This document shows, one piece after another, positions 25,591 through 36,272 of a stretch of DNA of 64,000 nucleotides. The stretch is taken from IMG/VR virus record IMGVR_UViG_3300043403_000051, positions 1 through 64,000 of that record. One strand, 5' to 3'. The DNA comes from a virus. Below the pieces are notes generated by a model. The model did not search any database. It saw only the letters and a program-made list of their open reading frames with translations, and was not told where the DNA came from. Positions within the stretch are counted from its first letter, which is position 1; each line of letters opens with the position of its first letter. The translations under genes and the position numbers were made by a program.

Positions 25591-28266
25591 ATGGCATTAT
25601 ATAACGCTGCTGATAATTTTAATTCTTTAGTTATGCCCCCACAAATGGTATCTCTTTCTGATAAGATGAAGGATGATAGATTGTGGGGTAAAAAATGTAT
25701 GGATACTCTTGAACAAGTTGCTTATACACAAATTCAAGGAAACTACAAACTTGTTGAAAACTATGAGATGGTAAAAGGTCAGTTCATACCAACACATTAT
25801 TTTGGAGATGAAGGTTACCAAAGTATGTTAACCCAACTATCTTCTGAATTAGAACTACCAAATTATCTTAGACACTATGATATTATATCACCTGTATTAA
25901 ATACATTATCTGGAGAATTTCAAAAAAGACCAGACTTATTTAGAATTAAGGCATGGGATGAGAATAATAAAAATGAGTACTTAACTAAGAAAACAGAACT
26001 TATAAAAAACTTTATTTCATCTATCATAGAGAAGCAAGTAAACGATAAATTAATTGAGCAAGGTATTGATACCAATCAACAATTTCAGAGCCAAGAAGAG
26101 GCTGACAAGTACGAAGAATTCAAGAATACCATACGTACTGCACTCACTCCTCCTGAAATTGAGGAGTATATGACAACTGAGTTTAGAACAGCCGCAGAAA
26201 TTTGGGCAGAGTGTGTATTAGATATGGATAAGGAAAGATTTTCCTTAGATGAAAAAGAGAAAGTGGAGTTCGAAGACATGATTATTTCAGATAGATGTTT
26301 TCGACATTTTTATATTACAGGTAAAGGTTACGAACAAGAAACATGGAATCCTGTAAATGTATTCTACCACAAATCTGATGAAACCATATACATCGAAGAT
26401 GGTGATTATGTGGGTCGTCAATTCTATGGAACTCCCTCGGATATCATTGATAGATATGGATTTAGAATGAAAAAGTCTCAAATTGAGATGCTTGAAAAAT
26501 TTAAAGAAAACAACGATAGACGTTGGAATGAGACACCTGGCTCAGGGTATGTTTACCAAAACTACATGTTCCCTTTTAAAGGCTATCAGGGGTGGGATAT
26601 TGTAAACAAAGGAATGGGGGCAACTGACCCATCATCACCATATGGTATCCCAAAAATACCTGATAACTTCTTTGATAGCTTTGGTTCAAATATGTATTCA
26701 GAGAAACTCGGTATGTTTCTTATTACAGAGGGATATTGGATGTCACAAAAAAAAATAGGCTTATACACATACTTTGATGAAGAACTTGGGATAGTAACAA
26801 GCACTTTAGTGGATGAAAATGTTATTCTCCCTGATGATATTATAGTTATAGATGAAATTGAAGAAGGTAGTGAGGAAGAAAATATTAATACAATTGCTTG
26901 GACATATGTAAATGAAGTTTGGCAAGGTGTTAAAATAAATGTAAGAAACGCTGATGTGACAGATGAGCATAATACGGACGCAATCTATTTAGACTTACAA
27001 CCGTTGTCTTTTCAATTTAAAGGTGATATAAATCCCTATAATGCTAAACTACCCGTGTGTGGACAAATATTTAGTGTAAGGAATTCTAAATCTGCATCTC
27101 TTGTTGATTTAATGAAACCTTACCAGATTGGTTTTAATGTAGCAATGAATCAAGTCTATCAAATGATGGAGAAAGAAATTGGTGCATTTATGGTAATGGA
27201 TGTGAATATGTTTCCTGATAGTAAAGATTGGGGTGGAGAAGATGCTTGGGAGAAATGGATGCTTATTGCCAAAAACTTAGGTATGCTTCCCGCAGATACA
27301 TCACCCGCAAATACAAAAGGGGCAAGTGCCGCAGCAGGTGGTCAATTTCCAAAAATTCTTAATCTTGACTTAGCTGCTCAATTTACATCAAGAATAAATT
27401 TAGCACAAATCTTTAAAAAGTTTGCTTTAGAGCAAATAGGATTTAACGATTATCGTCTTGGTAATTTTAATCAAAGTTCTACAGCTACGGGTATTGAAGA
27501 AGGGCAACAACGTTCTTTTGCACAAACAGAGAGTTACTTTACAAATTTTTATAATTATTTAAAAAGATGTAAAAGAATGAATTTAGATATTGCACAGTTT
27601 GTTCAAGCTAAAGATGCTGATATAACTTTTAATTATGTTAAATCAGATTTATCTACGGCATATATAAAAATAGCAGGAACCGATTTAATGGGTTCTGACC
27701 TACATGTATTTGTTACAAACTCTCAAGAGCATCTAAGACAATTAGAGGCAAGCAGACAACTTGGTTTACAGAACACAACACAAATGACAGAAGACAACCT
27801 TCTTGAACTTATTACATCAAACTCTTTATCATCTATTAAAAAGAAAATTAAAGATGGTGTTAAGAAAAGACAAGAGAAAGAGCAACAAGCTTTAGATATG
27901 CAGCAACAACAAACAGAAGCAATGAAGGAAGTTGAGACAATGAAACAACAAAAAGAAGATGAACGTCTTGAAAAGAAACTTGCTTCAGCAGAGTATATTG
28001 CACAAATTCAACTTGAAGCTGCAAATGGTGGGGATATCCCTGATTCCATAAATATGCAAAATCAGTTAAAGAACCAAGAAATGACAAATAGACAATCTTC
28101 TGAATCAACTAAAAATCAGATTGCTAATCAACAACGTATTGATAATAGGCAACTCAAAGAAAAAGAACTTGCTTTAAAAAATAAGAAAATTGACACAGAT
28201 TTAGAGATTCAAAATAAAGAACTTGAAAGTGTAAAAATATTAAAAGATAAGACAGATAAAAAATAA
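25591..28266 (+). CDS. portal protein (crAss-like)
   Basis: 891 aa after TerL; HYDIISP, SLVDLMKPYQ, coiled C-terminus. Confidence 0.85.
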   Translation: MALYNAADNFNSLVMPPQMVSLSDKMKDDRLWGKKCMDTLEQVAYTQIQGNYKLVENYEMVKGQFIPTHYFGDEGYQSMLTQLSSELELPNYLRHYDIISPVLNTLSGEFQKRPDLFRIKAWDENNKNEYLTKKTELIKNFISSIIEKQVNDKLIEQGIDTNQQFQSQEEADKYEEFKNTIRTALTPPEIEEYMTTEFRTAAEIWAECVLDMDKERFSLDEKEKVEFEDMIISDRCFRHFYITGKGYEQETWNPVNVFYHKSDETIYIEDGDYVGRQFYGTPSDIIDRYGFRMKKSQIEMLEKFKENNDRRWNETPGSGYVYQNYMFPFKGYQGWDIVNKGMGATDPSSPYGIPKIPDNFFDSFGSNMYSEKLGMFLITEGYWMSQKKIGLYTYFDEELGIVTSTLVDENVILPDDIIVIDEIEEGSEEENINTIAWTYVNEVWQGVKINVRNADVTDEHNTDAIYLDLQPLSFQFKGDINPYNAKLPVCGQIFSVRNSKSASLVDLMKPYQIGFNVAMNQVYQMMEKEIGAFMVMDVNMFPDSKDWGGEDAWEKWMLIAKNLGMLPADTSPANTKGASAAAGGQFPKILNLDLAAQFTSRINLAQIFKKFALEQIGFNDYRLGNFNQSSTATGIEEGQQRSFAQTESYFTNFYNYLKRCKRMNLDIAQFVQAKDADITFNYVKSDLSTAYIKIAGTDLMGSDLHVFVTNSQEHLRQLEASRQLGLQNTTQMTEDNLLELITSNSLSSIKKKIKDGVKKRQEKEQQALDMQQQQTEAMKEVETMKQQKEDERLEKKLASAEYIAQIQLEAANGGDIPDSINMQNQLKNQEMTNRQSSESTKNQIANQQRIDNRQLKEKELALKNKKIDTDLEIQNKELESVKILKDKTDKK

Positions 28267-28341
28267 TGCTATAGAAGTCAAAAAAAATTTAACAGTTTTT
28301 TTAATTCAAAATAATTACATAACTTTACAAAACAACCAATA

Positions 28342-29550
28342 ATGGATTTTCAATCACAAATTGCAACAATCTCACAAGAACAACTCGACAGTCTATTTAA
28401 CGATACTCCAGAAACAACAGTAACGGTAAATAACTTAGAGGCAACAACTAATCCTAATGTCCGTGATGAGGATAAAAAGGAAGTATCACCAAGAATAAAT
28501 ATGTCAGACAGAATTGATTTTGTTGACACCGATACAATAGATGTTGATGAGGAGGAAGAAAAAGAAGAAAAAATAGAGACTCCTATTATAGAGGAGGAGC
28601 CAAAACCCAAAAAAGATAAAAAACCAAAACCCGAAGAAGAGGAAATTCCTCCTGTAACTTCTGATGATGCTAAAGCCATTCTTAAAAATACAGTAGACTT
28701 TTTAATTCAATCTGGTAATTGGTCTGATTTTGAAGGACGAGAAGATATGGAGTTTGATGATGACTCCTTTGGAAAATTAGCACTTGCCCAAGACCAATCA
28801 AGAGTTCAAAGTATGTTTAGTGAGCTTCTTGATGAAACAGGTGAATACGGTAAAGCTATTATATCACATATTAAAAATGGTGGAAATCCAGATGAAGTAA
28901 TTGATATTTTCAAAGAACAAAAACAACTTGCCACAATAGACACTAATACTTTTGAAGGACGTGTTGAAAAAATAGAGGCATATTACACTGATGTAATAGG
29001 TTGGAAACCAGAAAAGATTAAAAGATATCTTGAAAGAATATCCCAAGACCAAGATGAATTCGATACAGAATTTACAGAGGTTGAGGAAAAATATAATGAG
29101 TATTATCAGGAAAAGCTTGATGAGATTAATGAAAGAACAAATACTCAGAAAAAAGAACAAGAGCAAAAAAAACAACAATTTGTTTCTAATATAAAAAATG
29201 TTTTAGAAGCAAGAACAGATTTAACTAAAAAAGACCAAGGTCTAATAGAATCTGCTCTATTTAACTATAAATATAAACTACCTAATGGTCAGCAAGTAAA
29301 CGAATTTTTTGTAAAATTTGCAGAACTTCAAAAAGACCCACAAGCTTACGTAGACTTAGTACTTTACGTAATGGATAAAAAAAGAGTAGTTGAAAAACAA
29401 AACCAAACTATTGCAAAAAAAGAATCTATAAAACAATTCAATTTTGTAAAAGGAAACACCGCAGTTAAGAAAAAAACTACAGGTGGGATAGTTAAAGAGA
29501 TAGATGATTCTAAGATAAATCGGACAGATTTTTCATCGCTATTTAAATAA
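28342..29550 (+). CDS. acidic coiled protein, putative scaffold
   Basis: E/D-rich; lies between portal and MCP. Confidence 0.6.
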   Translation: MDFQSQIATISQEQLDSLFNDTPETTVTVNNLEATTNPNVRDEDKKEVSPRINMSDRIDFVDTDTIDVDEEEEKEEKIETPIIEEEPKPKKDKKPKPEEEEIPPVTSDDAKAILKNTVDFLIQSGNWSDFEGREDMEFDDDSFGKLALAQDQSRVQSMFSELLDETGEYGKAIISHIKNGGNPDEVIDIFKEQKQLATIDTNTFEGRVEKIEAYYTDVIGWKPEKIKRYLERISQDQDEFDTEFTEVEEKYNEYYQEKLDEINERTNTQKKEQEQKKQQFVSNIKNVLEARTDLTKKDQGLIESALFNYKYKLPNGQQVNEFFVKFAELQKDPQAYVDLVLYVMDKKRVVEKQNQTIAKKESIKQFNFVKGNTAVKKKTTGGIVKEIDDSKINRTDFSSLFK

Positions 29551-29559
29551 TAAAATAAA

Positions 29560-31236
29560 ATGACAGATTTCAAAGTACCAAGTTTGAATCAACTGAATAA
29601 CGGAGTAGTTATTGGTCAATCTCGTTTTGACCCCCGTAAGTTTACAGATTTAAACTTCCTTTACACAAACTATTCCAAAGATGCCTTTACAGTATATAAG
29701 GGTCTTCTTGCATTGTGGAATCAAAGGAGCATAATTAATACTCCATTGATTAATAGCACATTGCTAAAAAACAACGTAATGTATGTTCCTAATCAGGAAG
29801 GTAAGTTCCGTTTTGATGTTCCTTATGAATTGGGACTTCCTTATATTGTAGAAAATCTTGAGGTTGATACAGACAAGCCTGGTCTTGATGGTCAAAAATT
29901 CAAAATTAAACTTAATGAAGATTGTTATACTAACACTGACCGTTTGATTGCAGACTATCGTGATGGTATTGAACTTTATATTACGGAAGATGAAATCATT
30001 CAAGAAGCTGATGGATTTGTATATACAGTAGAAATTGTAAGTAACAATCGTAGAGGTACTTTCTATCCTAAAGAATGGTTAGAGCCTGGTACACAATACA
30101 TGAAACTTTCTAATATCAATGGTGAATATGATACACAAAAATCATCTATTTCATCAGAAGGTCTTCGTACTGGTATTATGAATCTTGAAATGGAACTTGG
30201 TGGTGGTCACCGTTCCGTAACTCACTGGATTACTGGTTATGCTGATATGGCTCGTGTTGATGAAAACAAACACCCTAACTTAGCGTTTATTAACCAACGT
30301 CTTGAGAGCATGGGTTCAACAATGCTTTACTACAATACTAATCCTAAAACAGGAGCACCTCTTGCTAAAACTACTACATGGCAACCAACTGTGGAAGTAT
30401 TGCTTCGTGCAGAGATGGAGATGATGACTGAAAAGGACTTAATGTGGTCTAAAGGTGGTTTTATTACAGGTTCTGGTAGAAGACAAACTCGTGTAGGCCC
30501 TGGTCTTTATGAGCAACTTCGTAATGGTAACCGTTATCAATATAATAAGATTAGTCTTACCCTTATTGAGCGTGCTGTAGCCAATCTATTCTCTAAGTCA
30601 GGTATTCCTCTTGACCAACGTCGTACAAAGATTGTAACTGGTACAGGTGGTCTTATTCAAGTTTCGAAAGAAATTGAAGAAAAATACAAACAAGTAGTTC
30701 CATTTATGACTCAGGTTTCTGATGTTCCTGGTGGAGTACTTTATGGTGACCAAATGAATCTTGGTTATAAGTATCGTTTTACAAAATTCTTCTCTCCAAT
30801 TGCGGGTGAAATCGAATTCGAAATCAACCCTGCTCTTGATAACCTTAGTTCTAATCGTGTACAAGATAACTTCAACGGAGAATATCCTATTGAGTCTTTC
30901 ACATATATGATTCTTGACGTTACTGATAGTCGTTCTACAAATGCTGCGGCAAGAGTAAATACAACTAAGTATCGTGTACAAGACGGATTTAATTCAGACG
31001 CTAATATCGTTTTAGTTAAACCTGAAAACTACGGTGATTTATATTGGGGTTATATTGCAGGTACTCACCACCCACTTGGGCCTTCTTACATGAAGGGAAT
31101 GATGTCTGCTAACCAGTATGATGGTTATCAAATTTGGATGAAAGCGTTTGCAAATCTTTGGGTTAAAGACGTAACACGTACACTACTTATTGAGAAAGCT
31201 CGTCCGTTCTATAATGGATTATTTGCTCAACAATAA
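29560..31236 (+). CDS. major capsid protein (crAss-like)
   Basis: 558 aa, high-expression codon bias, GPGLYEQL, TGTGG, NPALD, ES.TY motifs; gene order. Confidence 0.85.
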   Translation: MTDFKVPSLNQLNNGVVIGQSRFDPRKFTDLNFLYTNYSKDAFTVYKGLLALWNQRSIINTPLINSTLLKNNVMYVPNQEGKFRFDVPYELGLPYIVENLEVDTDKPGLDGQKFKIKLNEDCYTNTDRLIADYRDGIELYITEDEIIQEADGFVYTVEIVSNNRRGTFYPKEWLEPGTQYMKLSNINGEYDTQKSSISSEGLRTGIMNLEMELGGGHRSVTHWITGYADMARVDENKHPNLAFINQRLESMGSTMLYYNTNPKTGAPLAKTTTWQPTVEVLLRAEMEMMTEKDLMWSKGGFITGSGRRQTRVGPGLYEQLRNGNRYQYNKISLTLIERAVANLFSKSGIPLDQRRTKIVTGTGGLIQVSKEIEEKYKQVVPFMTQVSDVPGGVLYGDQMNLGYKYRFTKFFSPIAGEIEFEINPALDNLSSNRVQDNFNGEYPIESFTYMILDVTDSRSTNAAARVNTTKYRVQDGFNSDANIVLVKPENYGDLYWGYIAGTHHPLGPSYMKGMMSANQYDGYQIWMKAFANLWVKDVTRTLLIEKARPFYNGLFAQQ

Positions 31237-31306
31237 TAGAAATACTAAGTTGGGTGACCAATAACTTTAAGCACAATATTTTTTAGAACAACAACAACAA
31301 AATAAT

Positions 31307-32194
31307 ATGATTGCAGAAAAAGTAATAATAAGACAGATATCTGATAAAAATGCTGAACTAACAGGTTTAGCAAAGTATAAAAGAAGTAAAATGCCTGGAA
31401 CATCTGATTGGCTACAAGTAGCAGAAGGTTTAGATGGTAGGTATATTACAGGTATTGATGAAGATTCTTACGAAATTAATTTAATTACTGACCCTTTAGA
31501 AAAAGAAAATAAACGTAATGAAATTAAACAACTTCGTGAATATCTTGAATCAAGAACAGGTAAAGACTTAAAAGCAAATAGTTCTTTTTGGGAAGAGTTT
31601 GGAGTTAGAATACAAGCTGATGAAGATTTGATTTTAAATAAATCAAACCCTATGCATCAAATTGTATATCATCTCCTTCTTGCAAATAAGTATGCGGCTC
31701 CTTCTGAAGAAGCGGCAGGTGACCCAAGATTTTTAGCTTGTAAGTATTATACCCACGTAGCAAGTTCTATTACAAAACAAAGTGTTTCATTAAGAAAACT
31801 AAGAGATAAAGCAACTAAGAAACTTATAGAAATTTCTGAAAAAGGAAAAGAATATATGGTTCTTATCGGACAATATCTTGATGGTAAAAAATTCCATAGT
31901 AAACTTAGTGAAGATGATTTGTATGAAATGTTTTCATCATTATATATTGATAGTAAAGATGAATCTGATATAAACAGATTTATAAAAGCTACTGATAAAT
32001 CAATTGAAGAAATTCAATTTAAAATAGTAATTGATAAAGCTGTAAGAAGTAAAATCATTAAATATGTAAATGGCTACTATCAAAGAGGTCAAGTAACAAT
32101 TGGAAAGACTCTTGATAACGTATATAACAATTTACAATCACCTGAATTTGCTACAGAATTTTTATCAATTAAAGAAGAGATTGAGACTAACTAA
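31307..32194 (+). CDS. conserved crAss-like virion-module protein
   Basis: RYITGID, L.LN...P; position after MCP. Confidence 0.65.
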   Translation: MIAEKVIIRQISDKNAELTGLAKYKRSKMPGTSDWLQVAEGLDGRYITGIDEDSYEINLITDPLEKENKRNEIKQLREYLESRTGKDLKANSSFWEEFGVRIQADEDLILNKSNPMHQIVYHLLLANKYAAPSEEAAGDPRFLACKYYTHVASSITKQSVSLRKLRDKATKKLIEISEKGKEYMVLIGQYLDGKKFHSKLSEDDLYEMFSSLYIDSKDESDINRFIKATDKSIEEIQFKIVIDKAVRSKIIKYVNGYYQRGQVTIGKTLDNVYNNLQSPEFATEFLSIKEEIETN

Positions 32195-32856
32195 TGACAT
32201 CACTTGAAGTATATAAAAGATTTCTTTTAAAGCTTAATAAAAATGATACAAACACTCGAATAAATATATCAAAAGGTGAATTTGTATTAGTTTTTAATGA
32301 GCAAAAAAGAATTTGGTTGAATGATGTATTGGATGAGCCATACTCATTTAAATCTCAAAATATATTATCTGACTTATATGTTCCTGATGTAGAAATTGAA
32401 AAAATAGAAGAACTAAAAGATAAAGACATTTTTAAAGTTCCTGAAAATTTTGAAGAACTAACATCGTCTTACTCAATAGCTAAACGTAGAGAGTGTATAA
32501 GAAAATTATACAACTTTCCAAAAAATCCTCGAAATAGAAATACTGTTCAACAAAATACTAATGATAATCCATCATTTGATTTTGAAGAAACATTCACAGA
32601 GGAGTCAAAGAAAAAATTAATTGTTTACAAAACAGATTTTTCAATTGACAAACAACTAATTAGTTATTATAGAGAACCTATTGATATTGATATAGAGGGA
32701 TATATAACGATAAGTGGTGAAAAATCTAAAACAATAAATCCTGATATAAAAGATGCATCCATAGATGATATATTAAACAGGTGTATTGTAGAAGTATCAA
32801 TTAATTACGAAAATGCTGAGCAAGCACAAATGTCAGCACAAAGAATACAAAAATAA
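32194..32856 (+). CDS. ring/head-tail connector protein
   Basis: LNKND, FNE.K, YYREP..ID; gene order. Confidence 0.6.
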   Translation: MTSLEVYKRFLLKLNKNDTNTRINISKGEFVLVFNEQKRIWLNDVLDEPYSFKSQNILSDLYVPDVEIEKIEELKDKDIFKVPENFEELTSSYSIAKRRECIRKLYNFPKNPRNRNTVQQNTNDNPSFDFEETFTEESKKKLIVYKTDFSIDKQLISYYREPIDIDIEGYITISGEKSKTINPDIKDASIDDILNRCIVEVSINYENAEQAQMSAQRIQK

Positions 32857-32887
32857 TTTTTAAAAACAATAAACTAAAATTTTCAAA

Positions 32888-34786
32888 ATGGGTTTAAATC
32901 AATCGTTTAGGCAAGTATTTGTTGCAAACAATACAGCCTTACTCGCGCAAGGTAAAACCGTGGAGACTATTGCTGTTGGACAACTTGGTATCCTTGATAT
33001 CAGTACGTACAAGGCAGTAACCGCTCCCACTTACGCGACAACAAAAGCCTTACAATTCGTATGGGGTACTCCTAACATCGAAGGCAGAATGAGTCTTATG
33101 TCGGGTGTGCCGAATGAGAACATCTACTCTAAACCAATTAAGGGTAGAAAAATTAAAAACTTTAGAGGTAAAGCCGCAAAACGTGGTAGAACTCAAATAG
33201 TTGTAGTTGGTAATAGTGGAGATGTTACAGACACAGACACATTATTTGCTTATCCTGGTGATGTACGTCACGTATTTCTTAATTTATCTGGTGCACCAAT
33301 TGACAAGTTTTATACAAGACAAGGTCTAATGCGTCAATATTCTTATGAAGTTCCGTATACAGCAGAATGTGCAGATGATTGCGCAACTGTAAGCTGTGAA
33401 GGTATTGTTGATAATATCGTTGCACAAATCAATAGCGACCCACAAGTAAATCGTTTCGTTAAAGCATCTGTTATTAAAAGTTGCGCGCCAACTGGTGATA
33501 CAGAAGATTGCTACAGATTCGAGGCACGTCTTTGTGATACTCGTGATGATAATGCATTAGGTATAGTTCAAGCACAATATCCTGACTTTACAGTTACTCG
33601 TATTGGAGTAGAAGGAGCCGTATCAGTTTATCAGATTATAAAAGATACAGATACTCTTCCAACAGCAATTTCTAATGAAGGATTTGTAGTAATTCCAAAC
33701 TGTTCTGTTTGTCCTACAGGTTATACTAAAGAAACTGGTGGTTTTGTTTATGCTGTTGTAGCAGAAGATGCTAATGCTAATATTTCTGCAACGATTGTTT
33801 CAAAAGTTAATACTGCTAATGCTTTAGCCGCTGCATATGCAGTGAAAGTATCTAATGATAATTACATTGTAGTTTCACAAGTTGAATTTAGTATTGCTGC
33901 ACTCGAAGCTGCTATTGAAGCCTCATCAGGCCCAGCAGTATCATCGGTAACATTTAAATATGAAACAAATAGAGACCTTTGTGTATTAACCTCTGCAACA
34001 ACAAGTGCATGGGTAGAAGTAGAAACTTTGTTAAAGTATGCAAAAGTATTCAGACTTACAGTAGCTGACACAGTTTGTGGTACAACAAGACTTGCTGATA
34101 TTCAAGCAGCATATCCCGACCTAACTGTTAGTCTTGTAGATGCTGATGGAGACTGTGTTCACACATATGAAACTACAGTTTATTCACAATGCGTATCAGA
34201 AGGTTGTTCGTATAGCCAACTTGTATTCCCTAAACTTGACACATTTGAGCAAGTTCGTTGGATAGAAGTTCCTACTACACCTACCAATGGTTGTCTATGT
34301 GGTATTAAAATTGAAACAGCATTTGTAAATAGAATTACTAATGAATGTACTTTTGACCACTTCACTTATGAGGCTGACCCTGTACATATCACTGTTTCAT
34401 GTTTTGACCCGAACTATAATAATTTACCATCAAGACAAGAATGGAATGTTAAACAAATTCAAAGTATCCAATACCCTGCTGGACATGGTGTTGAAATTCG
34501 TAAACATGAGCAAGTATCTAAAAGCTACAATCTCAGAGAACGTTCTTTCAATCCTGTTGTAAGAGAGATTGAAGGATATGAATTTATAACAGACCCAAAT
34601 AAGTTCTATGATGAGTATGTTATAGAGTTTGATTTTGATTACAAAACTGGTGGATGGAGTGAAAAATATACAGATAGTTATCATGCGTTCTTCTACTTCC
34701 CAGAAGGAATGGGTAAAACGTTTGAGACAGCTATCAACGACTATATTGTTAGTGCTAACTTACCAATTGACCCTGTTGTTCTTTAA
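32888..34786 (+). CDS. abundant virion structural protein
   Basis: 632 aa, high-expression codon bias, Cys-rich, followed by a strong terminator. Confidence 0.65.
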   Translation: MGLNQSFRQVFVANNTALLAQGKTVETIAVGQLGILDISTYKAVTAPTYATTKALQFVWGTPNIEGRMSLMSGVPNENIYSKPIKGRKIKNFRGKAAKRGRTQIVVVGNSGDVTDTDTLFAYPGDVRHVFLNLSGAPIDKFYTRQGLMRQYSYEVPYTAECADDCATVSCEGIVDNIVAQINSDPQVNRFVKASVIKSCAPTGDTEDCYRFEARLCDTRDDNALGIVQAQYPDFTVTRIGVEGAVSVYQIIKDTDTLPTAISNEGFVVIPNCSVCPTGYTKETGGFVYAVVAEDANANISATIVSKVNTANALAAAYAVKVSNDNYIVVSQVEFSIAALEAAIEASSGPAVSSVTFKYETNRDLCVLTSATTSAWVEVETLLKYAKVFRLTVADTVCGTTRLADIQAAYPDLTVSLVDADGDCVHTYETTVYSQCVSEGCSYSQLVFPKLDTFEQVRWIEVPTTPTNGCLCGIKIETAFVNRITNECTFDHFTYEADPVHITVSCFDPNYNNLPSRQEWNVKQIQSIQYPAGHGVEIRKHEQVSKSYNLRERSFNPVVREIEGYEFITDPNKFYDEYVIEFDFDYKTGGWSEKYTDSYHAFFYFPEGMGKTFETAINDYIVSANLPIDPVVL

Positions 34787-34801
34787 TATAAAATCCTAAA
34801 C

Positions 34802-34846
34802 AAAAAAAAAGGGTAAGTAAGTTTAATACTTACTTACCCTTTTTTT
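34802..34846 (+). terminator. intrinsic terminator
   Basis: AAAAAGGGTAAGTAAGT/ACTTACTTACCCTTTTT perfect hairpin with T-tract. Confidence 0.9.
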
Positions 34847-34860
34847 AATATACATATATC

Positions 34861-35376
34861 ATGATTAAAAAAACAACACTCACATTTGATTATTTAGATG
34901 TAGATGATTTACACACAATTCCCTTATTGGATTTAAGTCAATATCATGAAAATCCTGATAGTCCTGTATTTATTGTTAAGACACCTGGAATAGAGTCTTC
35001 TGTGAAAGTTCCCTATAATCCAAACAAATTAAATATATTGAATTCTCATATTTTAGGCTTAACTTTGCATAACGGAGATTTTGCAATACTTCAAGATGGA
35101 GTATACGAAATTACACAAGCAATTTGCCCATATGAGTCTGTAAATTATACAAAATTTATATTTAGAGATTCTACATTAAAGCAAATTTTATATAAAAATC
35201 TTGAGCAAAAAACAATATGTTGTGATTGTCCAGATTCAGCAGTAATAGAATCAAAAGTATCAAAAATTAATTTTTTATTAGCATCTGCAAAAGCAAATGC
35301 AGTTTTTGGTAAAAAAGATATAGCAACAGAACTATATCAAAAAGCATTAAAAATTGTTAATAGTTTAACAGATTAA
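34861..35376 (+). CDS. virion protein (tail hub-like)
   Basis: DGVYEI motif, Cys cluster. Confidence 0.5.
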   Translation: MIKKTTLTFDYLDVDDLHTIPLLDLSQYHENPDSPVFIVKTPGIESSVKVPYNPNKLNILNSHILGLTLHNGDFAILQDGVYEITQAICPYESVNYTKFIFRDSTLKQILYKNLEQKTICCDCPDSAVIESKVSKINFLLASAKANAVFGKKDIATELYQKALKIVNSLTD

Positions 35377-35377
35377 T

Positions 35378-35653
35378 ATGTGTAGTAGTTGTGGAAAAAG
35401 TTCAACCCCTTACATTCAAACAATAGTACAACAAACTATTATAGAACCATGTAACTATGTATTAAATGATGCAATTTTTTTCTTTAACATATTAAAGTGT
35501 ATGAAAGAAAAAAGTTTAATTGATTCACAAACATTGAATTCATATAATGGTGTTTTAAAATCTGTATTTAATTCACCAACATATATATGTTCCTTTAAAA
35601 GGAATCTTGATATTATACAAAATCATATTTTAAGTTTAAACGATTGTTTATGA
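35378..35653 (+). CDS. hypothetical Cys-containing protein
   Basis: MCSSCG start. Confidence 0.5.
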   Translation: MCSSCGKSSTPYIQTIVQQTIIEPCNYVLNDAIFFFNILKCMKEKSLIDSQTLNSYNGVLKSVFNSPTYICSFKRNLDIIQNHILSLNDCL

Positions 35654-35807
35654 ATAATAGATTAGAAAATTTATCGGTAAACGGCAAAAAACTTTTGGAT
35701 AATATAAAATATGGTTTGAAAAATAAAATTAACTATTGTTCTATTTATAAAGATATATATCTTGTAGAAAAAAGCAATAAACAAAAAAATAGAAAAGCAT
35801 TATACTA

Positions 35808-36272
35808 ATGGAACCTTTCGTTTTTGCAAAAAATAAAAATACATGTTCTGCTGTCATATCAGCATCTTGTGTATTATGGCCTGGCTATAAGTTAGAATCT
35901 TTTGATTATACTAACGTGCAATGTGTGCTACAAGTAGATGATATTATACTAAGTATTGATAAACTATTAAACAAAATAAATAAGGCAATTTCCACAAATG
36001 ATTTAACAAGACAATGTTTAATTGTTGAAGATACTGAAAAATTAAATTCTTATGTTAAAAGTTTGGTTTCCAATTATTGTCAATTAAAAGAAGATTTTGA
36101 TACTTTAAAAGAAGATTTTGATAACTTAGACGTTTTTCAAAAAGTACTAAATATAGACTTATCATGTATTTTAGGACAATATAATTGTACTCCTGGTAAT
36201 GAACATAAACTTTCATTTATTTTGTCAACTCTTGCAAAGGAAATTTGTTCACTAAAAACACAAATTAACTAA
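35808..36272 (+). CDS. Cys-rich coiled virion protein
   Basis: ISASCV.W, IDLSC. Confidence 0.55.
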   Translation: MEPFVFAKNKNTCSAVISASCVLWPGYKLESFDYTNVQCVLQVDDIILSIDKLLNKINKAISTNDLTRQCLIVEDTEKLNSYVKSLVSNYCQLKEDFDTLKEDFDNLDVFQKVLNIDLSCILGQYNCTPGNEHKLSFILSTLAKEICSLKTQIN